Shown here: positions 13,665 to 25,195 of the stretch, piece after piece
Numbering within the stretch: position 1 is the stretch's first letter
How the letters are laid out: the number at the start of each line of letters is the position of its first letter
Origin: Narcine bancroftii
Lineage: Eukaryota
Direction of reading: 5' to 3'
Assembly (NCBI RefSeq): GCF_036971445.1
Contig: NC_091472.1
Location: forward strand, 129,084,001-129,148,000
Length of the DNA stretch: 64,000 nt
Position numbers and translations under genes: made by a program
The notes under the pieces: model-generated
What the model was told of the DNA's origin: nothing
What the model saw: only the letters and a program-made list of their open reading frames with translations
The model's database searches: none

Positions 13665-13895
13665 TCCTGCAAACTGAAGCACAAATAGAATATTTTTCAT
13701 TTAAGTTCATTCACAACTCAATCCATAAAGCTCATCCCAAAAAATACTTCCCATATGGTCTAACAGCCCAATTTAAACATTTTCCCTATCTGTCAAAATC
13801 TTGAAATTCATCATCTCATTAATTTATCTTCAAAGTTTCCACAATTATAAAAAGAACACATTAAATGGAAGATAGTACAAGTGTACAATGAAAGT

Positions 13896-15141
13896 GAGCT
13901 TGCAGGCGCCTCAGATTGAAGAGACTGCCATCCGTGCGGTACCGGATGTAAACAGCGACTTCATTGTTGGGGTCTTTCATGGCTTGGTTCAGCATCATGC
14001 TGAAGAAGATTGAAAAGAGGGTTGGTGCGAGAACACAGCCTTGCTTCACGCCATTGTTAATGGAGAAGGGTTCAGAGAGCTCATTGCTGTATCTGACCCG
14101 ACCTTGTTGGTCCACACCAAGACACACTTGTCCGTGAACTACTCTTTGCAGATGATGCCGCTTTAGTTGCCCATTCAGAGCCAGCTCTTCAGCGCTTGAC
14201 GTCCTGCTTTGCGGAAACTGCCAAAATGTTTGGCCTGGAAGTCAGCCTGAAGAAAACTGAGGTCCTCCATCAGCCAGCTCCCCACCATGACTACCAGCCC
14301 CCCCACATCTCCATCGGGCACACAAAACTCAAAACGGTCAACCAGTTTACCTATCTCGGCTGCACCATTTCATCAGATGCAAGGATCGACAATGAGATAG
14401 ACAACAGATTCGCCAAGGCAAATAGCGCCTTTGGAAGACTACACAAAAGAGTCTGGAAAAACAACCAACTGAAAAACCTCACAAAGATAAGCGTATACAG
14501 AGCCGTTGTCATACCCACACTCCTGTTCGGCTCTGAATCATGGGTCCTCTACCGGCACCACCTACGGCTCCTAGAACGCTTCCATCAGCGTTGTCTCCGC
14601 TCCATCCTCAACATCCATTGGAGCGCTTACACCCCTAACGTCGAAGTACTCGAGATGGCAGAGGTCGACAGCATCGAGTCCACGCTGCTGAAGATCCAGC
14701 TGCGCTGGATGGGTCACGTCTCCAGAATGGAGGACCATCGCCTTCCCAAGATCGTGTTATATGGCGAGCTCTCCACTGGCCACCGTGACAGAGGTGCACC
14801 AAAGAAAAGGTACAAGGACTGCCTAAAGAAATCTCTTGGTGCCTGCCACATTGACCACCGCCAGTGGGCTGATAACGCCTCAAACCGTGCATCTTGGCGC
14901 CTCACAGTTTGGCGGGCAGCAACCTCCTTTGAAGAAGACCGCAGAGCCCACCTCACTGACAAAAGGCAAAGGAGGAAAAACCCAACACCCAACCCCAACC
15001 AACAAATTTTCCCTTGCAACCGCTGCAATCGTGTCTGCCTGTCCCGCATCGGACTTGTCAGCCACAAACGAGCCTGCAGCTGACGTGGACTTTTTACCCC
15101 CTCCATAAATCTTCGTCCGCGAAGCCAAGCCAAAGAAGAAG
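13896..15141 (+). mobile_element. RTE-clade LINE, 5'-truncated with inverted 5' segment, in POLE intron 1
   Basis: Plus ORF 14196-15083 is the RT C-terminus (FADD just upstream, FTYLG, C-terminal CnrC...H). Segment 13896-14111 is the preceding RT part (GVKQGCVLAPTLF) on the minus strand. Tail GCCAAAGAAGAAG; TSD ACAATGAAAGT at 13885-13895 and 15142-15152. Confidence 0.93.
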
Positions 15142-15399
15142 ACAATGAAAGTATGTTTTGCAAATTGGGATACAAGCCTACCAACTACAGGATGCATCTT
15201 AAATGATAACTGTATTGAACTTTATCTTTACTGCAACCTAACAAAATAAGTATAATTTCAATCTGCATGGTACTGAAAAGGAAGTGTGGATTATTCTCAC
15301 AGATAATGTATTGTCTCAAACACTGAACAATGTTGATTTCAAACAATTACAGGAAATGGGCACAATCTTCAGACCGTGATGCTGAGGGAAACAGTGCAA

Positions 15400-16165
15400 T
15401 GCACAAAAGTGCTGGAGAAAAAACAGGTATTCATTATTTACCATTAACAACCTCAAAAAAAACATAAATGTTGGAGAAAGTCAGCAGGTCTCACACCATC
15501 CAGGACAAAGATATAACCAACATTCAAGCCTGAGCTCTGCAAGGTATGAATTAAAAGCAGGCAGGCACCTGAATAAAAGGCTGGGGTAGTAAGAATGGGT
15601 GGGTGGAAGTACAGGCCAACAGATAAATGGTGTAAATTGGACATGAATGGGGCACAGGAGAAAGGAAAGTTAATTGACAGGAGGCAAGAGAGTGAGAAAA
15701 AGAGAAGGCATGGGGAAAGATGAGGAGGGGCTTATAGAAACCAGAGAAGTTAATGTTCATGGGAAAATTGAAATGGGTGGCCATTGGATATCACCACAAT
15801 TGCAGAAGACAGAGTGAAGGTACTCAACAAAGCACAGCCCCCAGTCTGCATTCAATCTCTCCAATGTAGACGAGACCTCAACAGGACCATCAATTGCTGA
15901 GGATGACTGCTACAGATCCACAAGTGAAGGTTGCTCGACTTAGAAGGACTGTTTGGAGCCCCATTTAGGAATGATGGTGAGGCACAAGTGGAGCACCTAC
16001 TGCAGTACAGGAGTAGGTGCCAAGTGGGAAAGGAAGAGTGGACGAGGGTGTCGCAAAAGAAGCGGTCCCTGCGGAAAGGCTCAGACCCTCTCTGGACGCT
16101 GGGAGTCAAAATGAGTTCCTCCAGCTGGTTCAGTGCTTCTACTACAGTCACAATATCTGTAGACA
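15400..16165 (-). mobile_element. Degenerate Penelope-like element
   Basis: Similar to the GIY-YIG-encoding copy at 30505-31715 (tctctccaatgtaga, aaatgggtggcca, tgctggagaaa blocks). Confidence 0.6.
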
Positions 16166-16386
16166 TTCGTGTTTTACGTTATTAATAATCTATGTCTGGC
16201 CAACGCCATTTGGAACAACCTCGGTGTTGTGCAATGATTAAATTCACCGCTGTCAATATCATTGCAACTTCTGACCAGAATTCTATCCTCCAGCACCACT
16301 GGTCCAAAGCTCAGAAAAATCGCGGGGACACACCTTTAGCACATTACCCTCATCTCTCGCCAACCACCAACTTTTATGAAACTTAC

Positions 16387-16451
16387 GTATAATTGCTATC
16401 AGTGGCGTGAAAACGTCCAGGCCTGAACTTTCCACTATTCTGCAACACCAT
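16387..16451 (-). CDS. POLE: POLE coding exon 1 (65 nt coding, start codon at 16451)
   Basis: gtcATGG context; MVLQNSGKFRPGRFHATDSNY + AC|gtaagt; phase 2 joins exon 2 in frame; lies next to a CpG-rich promoter. Confidence 0.9.
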
Positions 16452-16484
16452 GACAAGATAGCCTTTCAGTCCTCAGCCACAAAC

Positions 16485-16680
16485 ACTCGATTCGCGCGCT
16501 CCTACTTCTCTCGCGAGACTTCCCTTCCGCCAACACCATCGCATGGTGATTGGACGACACTGGAGATTTTTCTCATTGGTTAAAAGTGCGAACCCTCCCA
16601 CTGTGACGGAACGCAGCGGCGGACCGTAATTGTCCGAGTAAACGAGCCTTCCGGTCTGAGCTCTCGCAGGAGCCTGTTTC
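16485..16680 (-). promoter_or_regulatory. POLE CpG-rich promoter / 5' UTR
   Basis: E2F-like TTCGCGCGC (16491-16499), palindrome TCTCGCGAGA (16509-16518), and two CCAAT boxes on the POLE strand (ATTGG at 16549-16553 and 16575-16579). Confidence 0.8.
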
Positions 16681-16949
16681 CGTCTATTTCTGCACACTCT
16701 CACTCATTCAATCTAATTCTTACCTCAGATCGTAAATGATCTATTTGATCGCCTGACGATGAATAGCTGTCTTTTGGGTTTTTTTTTTATATAACATCGC
16801 TTCTGTTGATTTCCCAACCACAAACATTTAAAAAGTGACCCTTAGTTCCAGTACTTCCTGCATGAGGAAATATTCTATCCACAAACATTCTGTCAAGACT
16901 CCTTCCATGTGGGATTGATGGGGAGAATAATGAAAAACAGGAAAATATT

Positions 16950-18298
16950 CTTTTTCTGTCTTTGGCTTGGCTTCGCGGACGAAGATTTATGGAGGGATAA
17001 TGTCCACGTGTGCTGCAGACTCGTTGGTGACTGACAAGTCCGATGCGGGACAAGCAGGCACGGTTGAAAGGGAAAATTGGTGGGTTGGGGTTGGGTGTTG
17101 GGTTTTTCCTCCTTTCTCTTTTGTCAGTGAGGTGGGCTCTGAGGTCTTCTTCAAAGGAGGTTGCTGCCCACCGAACTGTGAGGTGCCAAGATGCACGGTT
17201 TGAGGCGATATCAGCCCACTGGTGGTGATCAATGTGGCAGGCACCAAGAGATTTCTTTAGGCAGTCCTTGTACCTCTTCTTTGGTGCACCTCTGACATGG
17301 TGGCCAGTGGAGAGCTCGCCATAGAACACGATCTTGGAAAGGCCATGGTCTTCCATTCTGGAGTCGTGACCCACCCAGCGCAGTTGGGTCTTCAGCAACA
17401 TGGATTCAATGCTTTCGGACTCTGCCAGCTCGAGTACTTCGATGTTGGTGATGAAGTCATTCCAATGAATGTTGAGAATGGAGCGGAGACAGCGCTGATG
17501 GAAGTGTACTAGGAGCCGTAGGTGATGCCGGTAGAGGACCCATGATTCGGAGCCGAACAGGAGCGTGGGTATGACAACGGCTCTGTACACGCTAATCTTT
17601 GTGTGTTTCTTCAGGTGGTTGTTTTTCCAAACTCTTTTGTGTAGTCTTCCAAAGGCGCTATTTGCCTTGGCGAGTCTGTTATCTATCTCTTTGTCGATCC
17701 TTGCATCAGATGAAATGGTGCAGCCAAGGTAGGTAAACTGGTTGACCGTTTTGAGTTTTATGTGCCCGATGGAGATATAGGGGGACTGGTAGTCATGGTG
17801 GGGGAAAATACTAGAGCGCCTCGGATGCCCCCCAAGTTCCTCAACATGGTTATCCAACTGCACGAAAACCAACAAGGTTGGGTCAGATACAGCAATGAGC
17901 TCTCCGAACCCGTCTCCATTGACAATGGCGTGAAGCAAGGCTGTGTTCTCGCACCAACCCTCTTTACTATCTTCTTCAGCATGATGCTGAAACAAGCCAT
18001 GAAAGACCTCAACAATGAAGACGCTGTTTACATCCGGTACTGCACAGATGGCATTCTCTTCAATCTGAGGCGCCTGCAAGCTCACACCAAAACACAAGAG
18101 CAACTTGTCCGTGAACTACATTTTGCAGACGATGCCGCTTTAGTTGCCCATTCAGAGCCAGCTCTCCAGCGCATGACGTCCTGTTTTGCGGAAACTGCCA
18201 AAATGTTTGGCCTGGAAGTCAGCCTGAAGAAAACTGAGGTTCTCCATCAGCCAGCTCCCCAACATGACTACCAGCCCCCCCACATCTCCATCGGGCAT
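16950..18298 (-). mobile_element. RTE-clade LINE with inverted 5' segment
   Basis: 3' part on the minus strand (16950-~17804); upstream RT part on the plus strand (~17805-18297; GVKQGC, FADD); TSD ACAGGAAAATATT at 16937-16949 and 18299-18311. Confidence 0.92.
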
Positions 18299-18714
18299 AC
18301 AGGAAAATATTACCCCTGTATAAAAGACCAGAAACCAAGACGGTTAAATCCACATATAATGCTTTATCAATGAATTCCTATCTTTTCACCAAGCAAAGTG
18401 AAAGTGCTGGAAATATGAAATAAAAATATTATAAATCATTACCCAATTATCTAATAATTGGGGAGGGGGAGAAAATTTGCTATTGTGTAGGAAGGAAATA
18501 AAAATCTGTTCCATTTCGAAGCATGGAGAGACCGAGCAAATAGCTTTACACAGAAAGAGCTATTTGACTTGTCTGTGTTGCGACATTTCTGAACCCACAG
18601 TTACTCAGTGGATCAGGCAGCATCCATGGTGAAAAAGATCATTGATTCTGGTCGATGATCAAAGTTGCTGAGTAAACCTGCCCTGTATTTACAGTGAACA
18701 TTGTTTTTATTATC

Positions 18715-18965
18715 TTTCTTTTCTTTGGCTTGGCTTCATGGACGAAGATTTTTGGAGGGGTAAATGTCCACTTCAGCTGCAGGCTCGTTTGTGGCTGACA
18801 AGTCCGATGCGGGACAGGCAGACATGGTTGCAGGGGAAAATTGGTTGGTTGGGGTTGGGTGTTGGGTTTTTCCTCCTTTGTCTTTTGTCAGTGAGGTGGG
18901 CTCTGCGGTCTTCTTCAAAGGAGGCCGCCGCCTGCCAAAGATGCACGGTTTGAGGCGATATCAGC
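18715..18965 (-). mobile_element. Short 5'-truncated RTE 3' fragment
   Basis: Same family 3' end (ctttggcttggcttc...; HLTDKRQRRKNPTPNP); small internal deletions; no clear TSD. Confidence 0.85.
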
Positions 18966-21499
18966 ATTTGTGGGTTCTTATCTTCTGTTTACCCATATGG
19001 GTATCCAGCATCTCTCTTTGGGATAACAGACCTCACCACAATTCAGAAGCACGAAAAAAATATCTGACTTTTGGTGAAAGGCCTTTGAATGGAAATTTTC
19101 AACTCTGCTTCTCTCTCTTGAGATGCTGCGTGTTCTGCTGTCTATTACCCACTTTTTTTTAACTTTAATTTTGATTTTTATTTCCTTCCTACACAATAGC
19201 AAATTTTCTCCCCCTCCCCAATTATTAGATAATTGGGTAATGATTTAAATGAACTTAATATTTTTATTTCACATTTCCAGCACTTTCACTTTGCTTGGTG
19301 AAAAGATAGGAATTCATTGATAAAGCATTATATGTAGATTTAACCGTCTTGGTTTCTGGGATGTATATTTGGTCTTTTATACAGGGGTAATATTTTCCTG
19401 TTTTTCATTATTCTCCCCATCAGTTGCAATAGGGATGTCATGGAAGGAGTCTTGACAGAATATATGTGGATACAATTTTTCCTCATGTAGGAAGTACTGG
19501 AACTAATGGTCACTTTTTAAATATAAGCAGCTATTTATTTAAGAATGTTCAGGCAATAAAAGTTGAAGTGATGGAGTGAAATTTCTCTCAGAGAAATTGG
19601 AGTCTTTGGAACTCGTTTTTATGAAAGTCAATAGAATGAGAATCTTTGAATATTTTAATTCGGAAGAAGCTAGGTTCTAAATAAGGATGGAGGTACAAAG
19701 CCTCTGAGGTTTTACAGGAATGCTGGGTTGAGGTTACAATTAGATCAACCAGGATCTTATCTGACAAATCAGGCTGGAGAAACTCAGTGGGTCAATCAGC
19801 ATCAGTCAGAGAAAAAGAATGATCAATGATTTGGGTTGAAACATTCATCAAGCCAACCATTATGAGCATTGAGCATTTTATTCAAATAGAATTACTTCAA
19901 ACTAAAAAAAACATGAAAAATGATTGGTTACAAGTTAAGGACCAGCTTCATAATGTGAAGTTGTTTCATTGTATGATATATTTTCCAGTCAAGCTTGTTT
20001 GATTAGCGACTTAGCAATAGTGATTCTGAAAGAGGAAGACCCTACAAGAATTCCATGAACAACATTTAGACGTGGAAAACCATAAAGGCAGTGGCTAAAA
20101 ACTTGCCAGTTGACCTGCATGAACTATGCCAGAATGTCACAATTGCTGAACACAACCTCCAAAGACACTACTTAGTGTGAGTTGGTATGCAAGGCAAGCT
20201 TATATCAACTATTGTGAGAAAAAAATACGTTACTTTTGGCACTAATTGTTAGACATTTGACATGGCTAGTGATCAAACATATCAGCTTGTGCATGATAAT
20301 GTATATGGTTGAGACCTGTGATACACACAGTCTGGGTGAAAAAAGAGAGCCAGACAATAAAATTCAGTTTCAACAATTTATTAAGAATAATGGGATGAAG
20401 CCCCATTACACTTCTTATCACACAATGGCCTTTTGGGAAACAGGGGAGTCCATTTGCACACAAAAGGAGGATTCTTCATAGTCTATGAAGCAAGATCTTT
20501 TGAGTTATCAAATCGCACCTCAATCCTTTGAAGAATATAAACCTAACGAAGCTAAATGGTAATAAATAGGATATTAACATTATAGGAAGTTGAATCTTGT
20601 CCAATCCAATTTGAAGAGGAACTGAAAGCAATGTGTCTCAATAAGGGGCTGTGTCTGTACCATAGAGTCTGGGTTCTGGGAGCTTCAAGCAGATTGCCAA
20701 TGCAAAGAGAGGTAGTGGAGGTACATAAGACTCAAAATTATGTCATACATATTGACAACAGATTCCATGTTGACCACTTACTCCTAGTGTGCACAACCCA
20801 GTGGTATTTAAAAAGCAGTAGATCTGACAATTCACATAAAATTTTTGGTGAGGTTTATAAGACATTATTGAATCCCAGGTCCATCATTGGTTCAGTATTC
20901 AACTTGATATGTTTACAAAACAGTATTGACATATTAGAGTAATAGTTAATCGAAAGAATGCTCAGGTTGTATCTATAAGTCTGTGTTATCAGTCATATTT
21001 TAAAATTTTGTAAAATAGTCAATAGTTTGTCGTAGGACACAGATGCTAGTTTCCTGTAGTGAATCTCACCAGTGCTGATATTCGGACCAGGATTTGATGT
21101 TGAAAACATAGAAAAATAGGTGCAGGAGTAGGCCATTTGGCCCTTCAAACCTACATCGCCTTTCAATATGATCATGGCTGATCATGAGATATTAAATTAA
21201 TTAGGTTCCCAGGGTTTCAAAGAATGAAAGGGGATTTCATGGAAAGCTACACAATTTTAAAAGGAAACAAGAGGACAGATTGGATGCAAGAAGGATGTTT
21301 CCAGCATTCATAGATTAAAGATAAAGGAAGATTTTATTGACCTAGGGAGCTGGGAATCCTTGGAATTCTATTCCACAGAAGGCAGTCGATGTCATATCAT
21401 TAAATACATTATCAAGGAGTTAGAATAGATCCACCCAATATCACATTGAATGAAGGAATAGGCTCAAAAGGCCGAAGGAGCGACTGTTGGTTCTCACTT

Positions 21500-21780
21500 C
21501 GATGTTTCTTGGATTCTGAACCTCCGACGCCATGATTTACGGTAAATGTTCAGCAATTTGTCGATCAGATCGTGTTCACGAGTGGTGTGAGGTTAGGGTT
21601 TATGCTTTGCAAGAATGATGTCGGGACATGCTCCATCTGACCGGCCTTTCAACCGACTCCTGCTGCAACAATACTTGTTTCTGCTCAAGAAGTACCCAAT
21701 ATTGACGAAGTCTGTAACCAGGTAGTCATGTTGCAATCGAATCGAGTCCGCGTTTCCCGCGGGACGTCAACTCTAAGTTG
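21500..21780 (+). promoter_or_regulatory. CpG-enriched PXMP2 5' region
   Basis: Local CpG enrichment around exon 1; perfect E2F core TTTCCCGC at 21753-21760 just inside intron 1. Confidence 0.5.
21615..21721 (+). CDS. PXMP2: PXMP2 coding exon 1 (peroxisomal membrane protein 2, Mpv17/PMP22 family)
   Basis: MMSGHAPSDRPFNRLLLQQYLFLLKKYPILTKSVT + AG|gt; matches the PXMP2 QYL.LL..YP.LTK..TS motif. The start could be 21615 or 21618. Confidence 0.9.
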
Positions 21781-22550
21781 CATCTGATTCTTTATTTCAT
21801 TTTCCGTGTTTTTTTTCCTCCCAAAATATTCGCCTCCGATCATAGATTTTTCATCAATAGTATGTGTTTTATGAGCTCAAGAAAATGGGGAATTATTTTA
21901 TTTTGAGCAAAGAAAATCGTCTGTCAAGCTGCAGTTACTCGGTTAATCGTCCTTTCACAAGTGTCCGGCTGGCCATGAATTGCATTGAAATGAACGGGAC
22001 ACGTTCTTGTCGGAAAAATTCCACAATACGTGTATATTAAATGTATATTTTGATTAAAATCATGCATTTGCTGACATAATTTTCACTGTTTCTGAAACGG
22101 ATCTATTCTGCACATACATTTGTATGAAATAATTGATTATAAACTTTTTACCTTCCCTTTCTGAGATTGCATCCGAATGGAGTTTGCAGTTGTCAAATTA
22201 TTTATTTGGGTTTTGTATATATTCTTTCCTAATATTTCGGACATCTTCACTATAAATATTCAGTAACTCCTTTGACTCCCTTTAGCGCATGATCTCTCTT
22301 CTGTTCGCCCTTCTAAGAAGTCGTGCTCTAAAATGATCATTATTTATATTCTGCAAGTCCATAATCATGATACGTAATGTTTCATTTTGTGTTCCAGAGT
22401 CAGGCGATTTAGGACCTTGTAACATTAAGCCAAGTGATGGTCTGGCATTTATGTAATTGAAACAGACTCATTGCATGTGTCCAAAAGACATTGTAAAGTC
22501 GTTTCAGAGTTTTAATATGGTTATTCCACTGGGCCCACATTGACAACTCG

Positions 22551-22940
22551 CAGTGATTTTCAAAATGCCCCTCCCCAACTCCCATTCACATTAAGCAATC
22601 CCAATACCATTTACTCTTTGATTAATAAGGGATTGCTTAAGATGGTATGAGAGTTGGGGGGGGGGGGGGGGGCGGGGTGGGAGGTTGAGAACCTCTGCTC
22701 TAGACCCAATTGTTGCTGAAATATTTTGCTTGAGAAGAATTGTCATTATCCCATTTACTTTGGAGTTATGAAACTATGCTCATAATGAGTCAATTTGGTG
22801 TGATTAAAACAGTGGGTTTCAAACACTCTCTTTCCACTCACATACCACCTTAAGCAATCCCTTACTAATCACAGAGCACTTCTGGCATAGGGATTGCTTA
22901 AGGTGGAATGTGAGTTTGGGGGGCAGTTTGAAAACCACAG
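22551..22940. mobile_element. hAT/Charlie-like MITE built from two palindromic units
   Basis: Terminal inverted repeats CAGTGATTTTCAAAATGCCCC / GGGGCAGTTTGAAAACCACAG; internal inverted blocks TTAAGCAATCCC / GGGATTGCTTAA occur twice; no TSD seen. Confidence 0.65.
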
Positions 22941-23042
22941 GAGTAATCTCCTGACTCTTTCTTTGGTATTTCTCCATGGACCTTGACATTAATGATAGGA
23001 AAAATTGCTGCAGAGGATTCTGATGAACAGGACCTCTTGATA

Positions 23043-25195
23043 CAGAGAAAGCATTTGATAGGGTGAAATTGAATTATCTATTTAAAGTACTACAGAAATT
23101 CAAATTACCAGAAAAAAATATTAATTGGATTAGAGCACTGTAGAATGGTCCTTTGGCAAAAGTCGTTACAAATGGATATGTTTCAGACCACTTTAAATTG
23201 AGTAGGTCAACTAGACAGGATGTCCATTATCACCTTCCCTGTTTGTTTTGGCTATAGAACCATTGGCAGATCTGATAAGAATGGAATCTATGATAAAGGG
23301 AATAAAAATAAAAGAGGAAGAATTTAAAATTAGCTTGTTTGCGGATGATATTATAGTATATTTACAGACCCAGATAAGTCAATAAAAAGGTTATTTACAA
23401 AATTGAAAGAATATGGGGCGATATCAGGATGCAAGATTAATATTGATAAAAGTGAGGTGATGCCAATGAACAAAGTTGATTATGCAAAATGTAAAAAAGA
23501 ATCCCCTTTTAAATGGCAATCGCAGACCATACGCTGCCTTGGTATCAGGATAGATAATAATTTAAATCATTTGTATAAATTAAATTACGAACCATTAATT
23601 TAAAAAAAACAGGAAGATTTAGAGAAATGGAAAGTTTAACCATTAACTTTAATAGGGAGAGTAGACTGCATCAAGATGAATGTATTTCCATGGCTAAAAT
23701 ATTTGTTCCAAATGCTACAGATTCCCTTGACAGGGGATTTTTTTTATGAAACTATATAAATTAATAAAAGTTTTTATGGAAGGGTAAAAAATCAAGAGTG
23801 GCTTTGGAAAAATTTACATGGGTGTATAAACAAGGAGGTTTGTAGCTACCAAATTTCAAAAACTATTACAGGGCAGCACAGTTAAGATATCTATCAGATT
23901 TTTATCAGATGGGAGAAAAACCGGATTGGCTCAAGATAGAATTATGTAAATTAGGAGAACATTTACTCTAGAAATGGGATGAGAAACTGGTGCAACACAA
24001 CAATCTACCAATACCACATCATATTCTAAAAATATAGAAAAGAATACATCTGGAGTGAAAGATGATAAATTATCAAATACAAAAAATGTTATTAATACCA
24101 AACCCATTAATTCCTTTTACAATAGACAATTTATTTTTTAATGAATGGACAAGAAAAGGAATTAAAAGAATAAAAGATTGCTTTTTGGGAAATAATTTAT
24201 TGGCATTTGAACAATTAAAAAATAAATACGGAATATCACATGGTACAATATTTTCATGCTATCAGTTGAAAACTTATTTAAAAGAAAAGTTGGGAACTAG
24301 TCTAAGATGACCTGAGAGTAGCTGTGATGAAACTTAATTAGAGACACTGTGATATAGTAAAAAAAATTATTACAAACATGTACAGCAAATTGCAATACAA
24401 CGAAAATGAAGAAGCAATGTATAAACCCAAACAAGGTTGGGAAAAAGATTTAAATATATTAATAAAGAATGAAACATGGAAGGAACTATGTGCAGGGACC
24501 ATGAGTAAGACAATAAATACTCAGTTTTGTATAATACAATACAATTGGCTACATGTGTTACACCTCAAAAGTTAAAAGAATGGAATCCAACAATATTGGA
24601 CAGATGCTTCCATTGTAAACAAGAAATTTGAACAACATTACTTGCAATTTGGACATGTACAAAAGTGAAATTTTTTTGTAAGGATTTAAACCTAATATTA
24701 AATAGAATTACAAAAAATAGGATACCAAAAGACCCAAAAATCTTCCTGTTAAACAACATAAAAGACAAAGAATTAGGTCTAAAATTAGACAAGGTTCAAA
24801 AAATATTTATTATGATTGCGCTTGCAGCAGCAAAAAAATGCATAATGATAACTTGGAAAACGGAAACAATCTTAAAATTACAACAATGGTACATTGAAAT
24901 TAACAAGTGTATTCCATTATAAAAAATTACCTATAATCTAAAAGACAAATATGCTTTCTTTGAACAAATTTGGGAACCATATTAGAAACTGTCAATTTCA
25001 GACCTCAATCTCTTAAAACGATAAGATACAAGTATGAACATTTTTAAATATGAAATTTTGGACTACACGATTTCTTTTTTTTCTTGGGGGGATAAAATGA
25101 AAATGTCACTGTGTATTTTTTAATGCTGAATATTTGTATATATTGTTATTAACATGGTTCATGGTGAAGTATTAAATTTTAAAAAATTTAAAAGT
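23043..25195 (+). mobile_element. L1/Tx1-like LINE ORF2 remnant (RT and C-terminus)
   Basis: AEKAFDRV, RQGCPLSP, LFADD, SGCKINIDKSE motifs with many stops and frameshifts. Confidence 0.9.

Larger units (their letters stand above)
16826..19522. repeat. Inverted repeat with arms of about 330-350 bp (left arm 16826-18506, split by an RTE; right arm 19173-19522)
   Basis: 18312-18506 and 16826-16949 are the reverse complement of 19173-19522 apart from a few short indels. Confidence 0.9.

Noticed and set aside
16787-18103. 438-aa ORF, the longest in the window
   Set aside because: Chimeric read-through of antisense RTE sequence into sense RTE sequence across the inversion junction; not a host gene.
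19990-20940. Possible coding or transposon remnant in the POLE-PXMP2 interval
   Set aside because: Only short ORFs without identifiable motifs; could not be classified by eye.
21602-21614. Upstream ATG at 21602 as the PXMP2 start
   Set aside because: It is 13 nt before 21615 and out of frame with the conserved PXMP2 sequence; at most a uORF.
22656-22684. G-run with G-quadruplex potential (also C/G runs near 4508, 7590, 39775 and 44333)
   Set aside because: Simple homopolymers, mostly inside or next to repeats and prone to length errors; nothing supports function.
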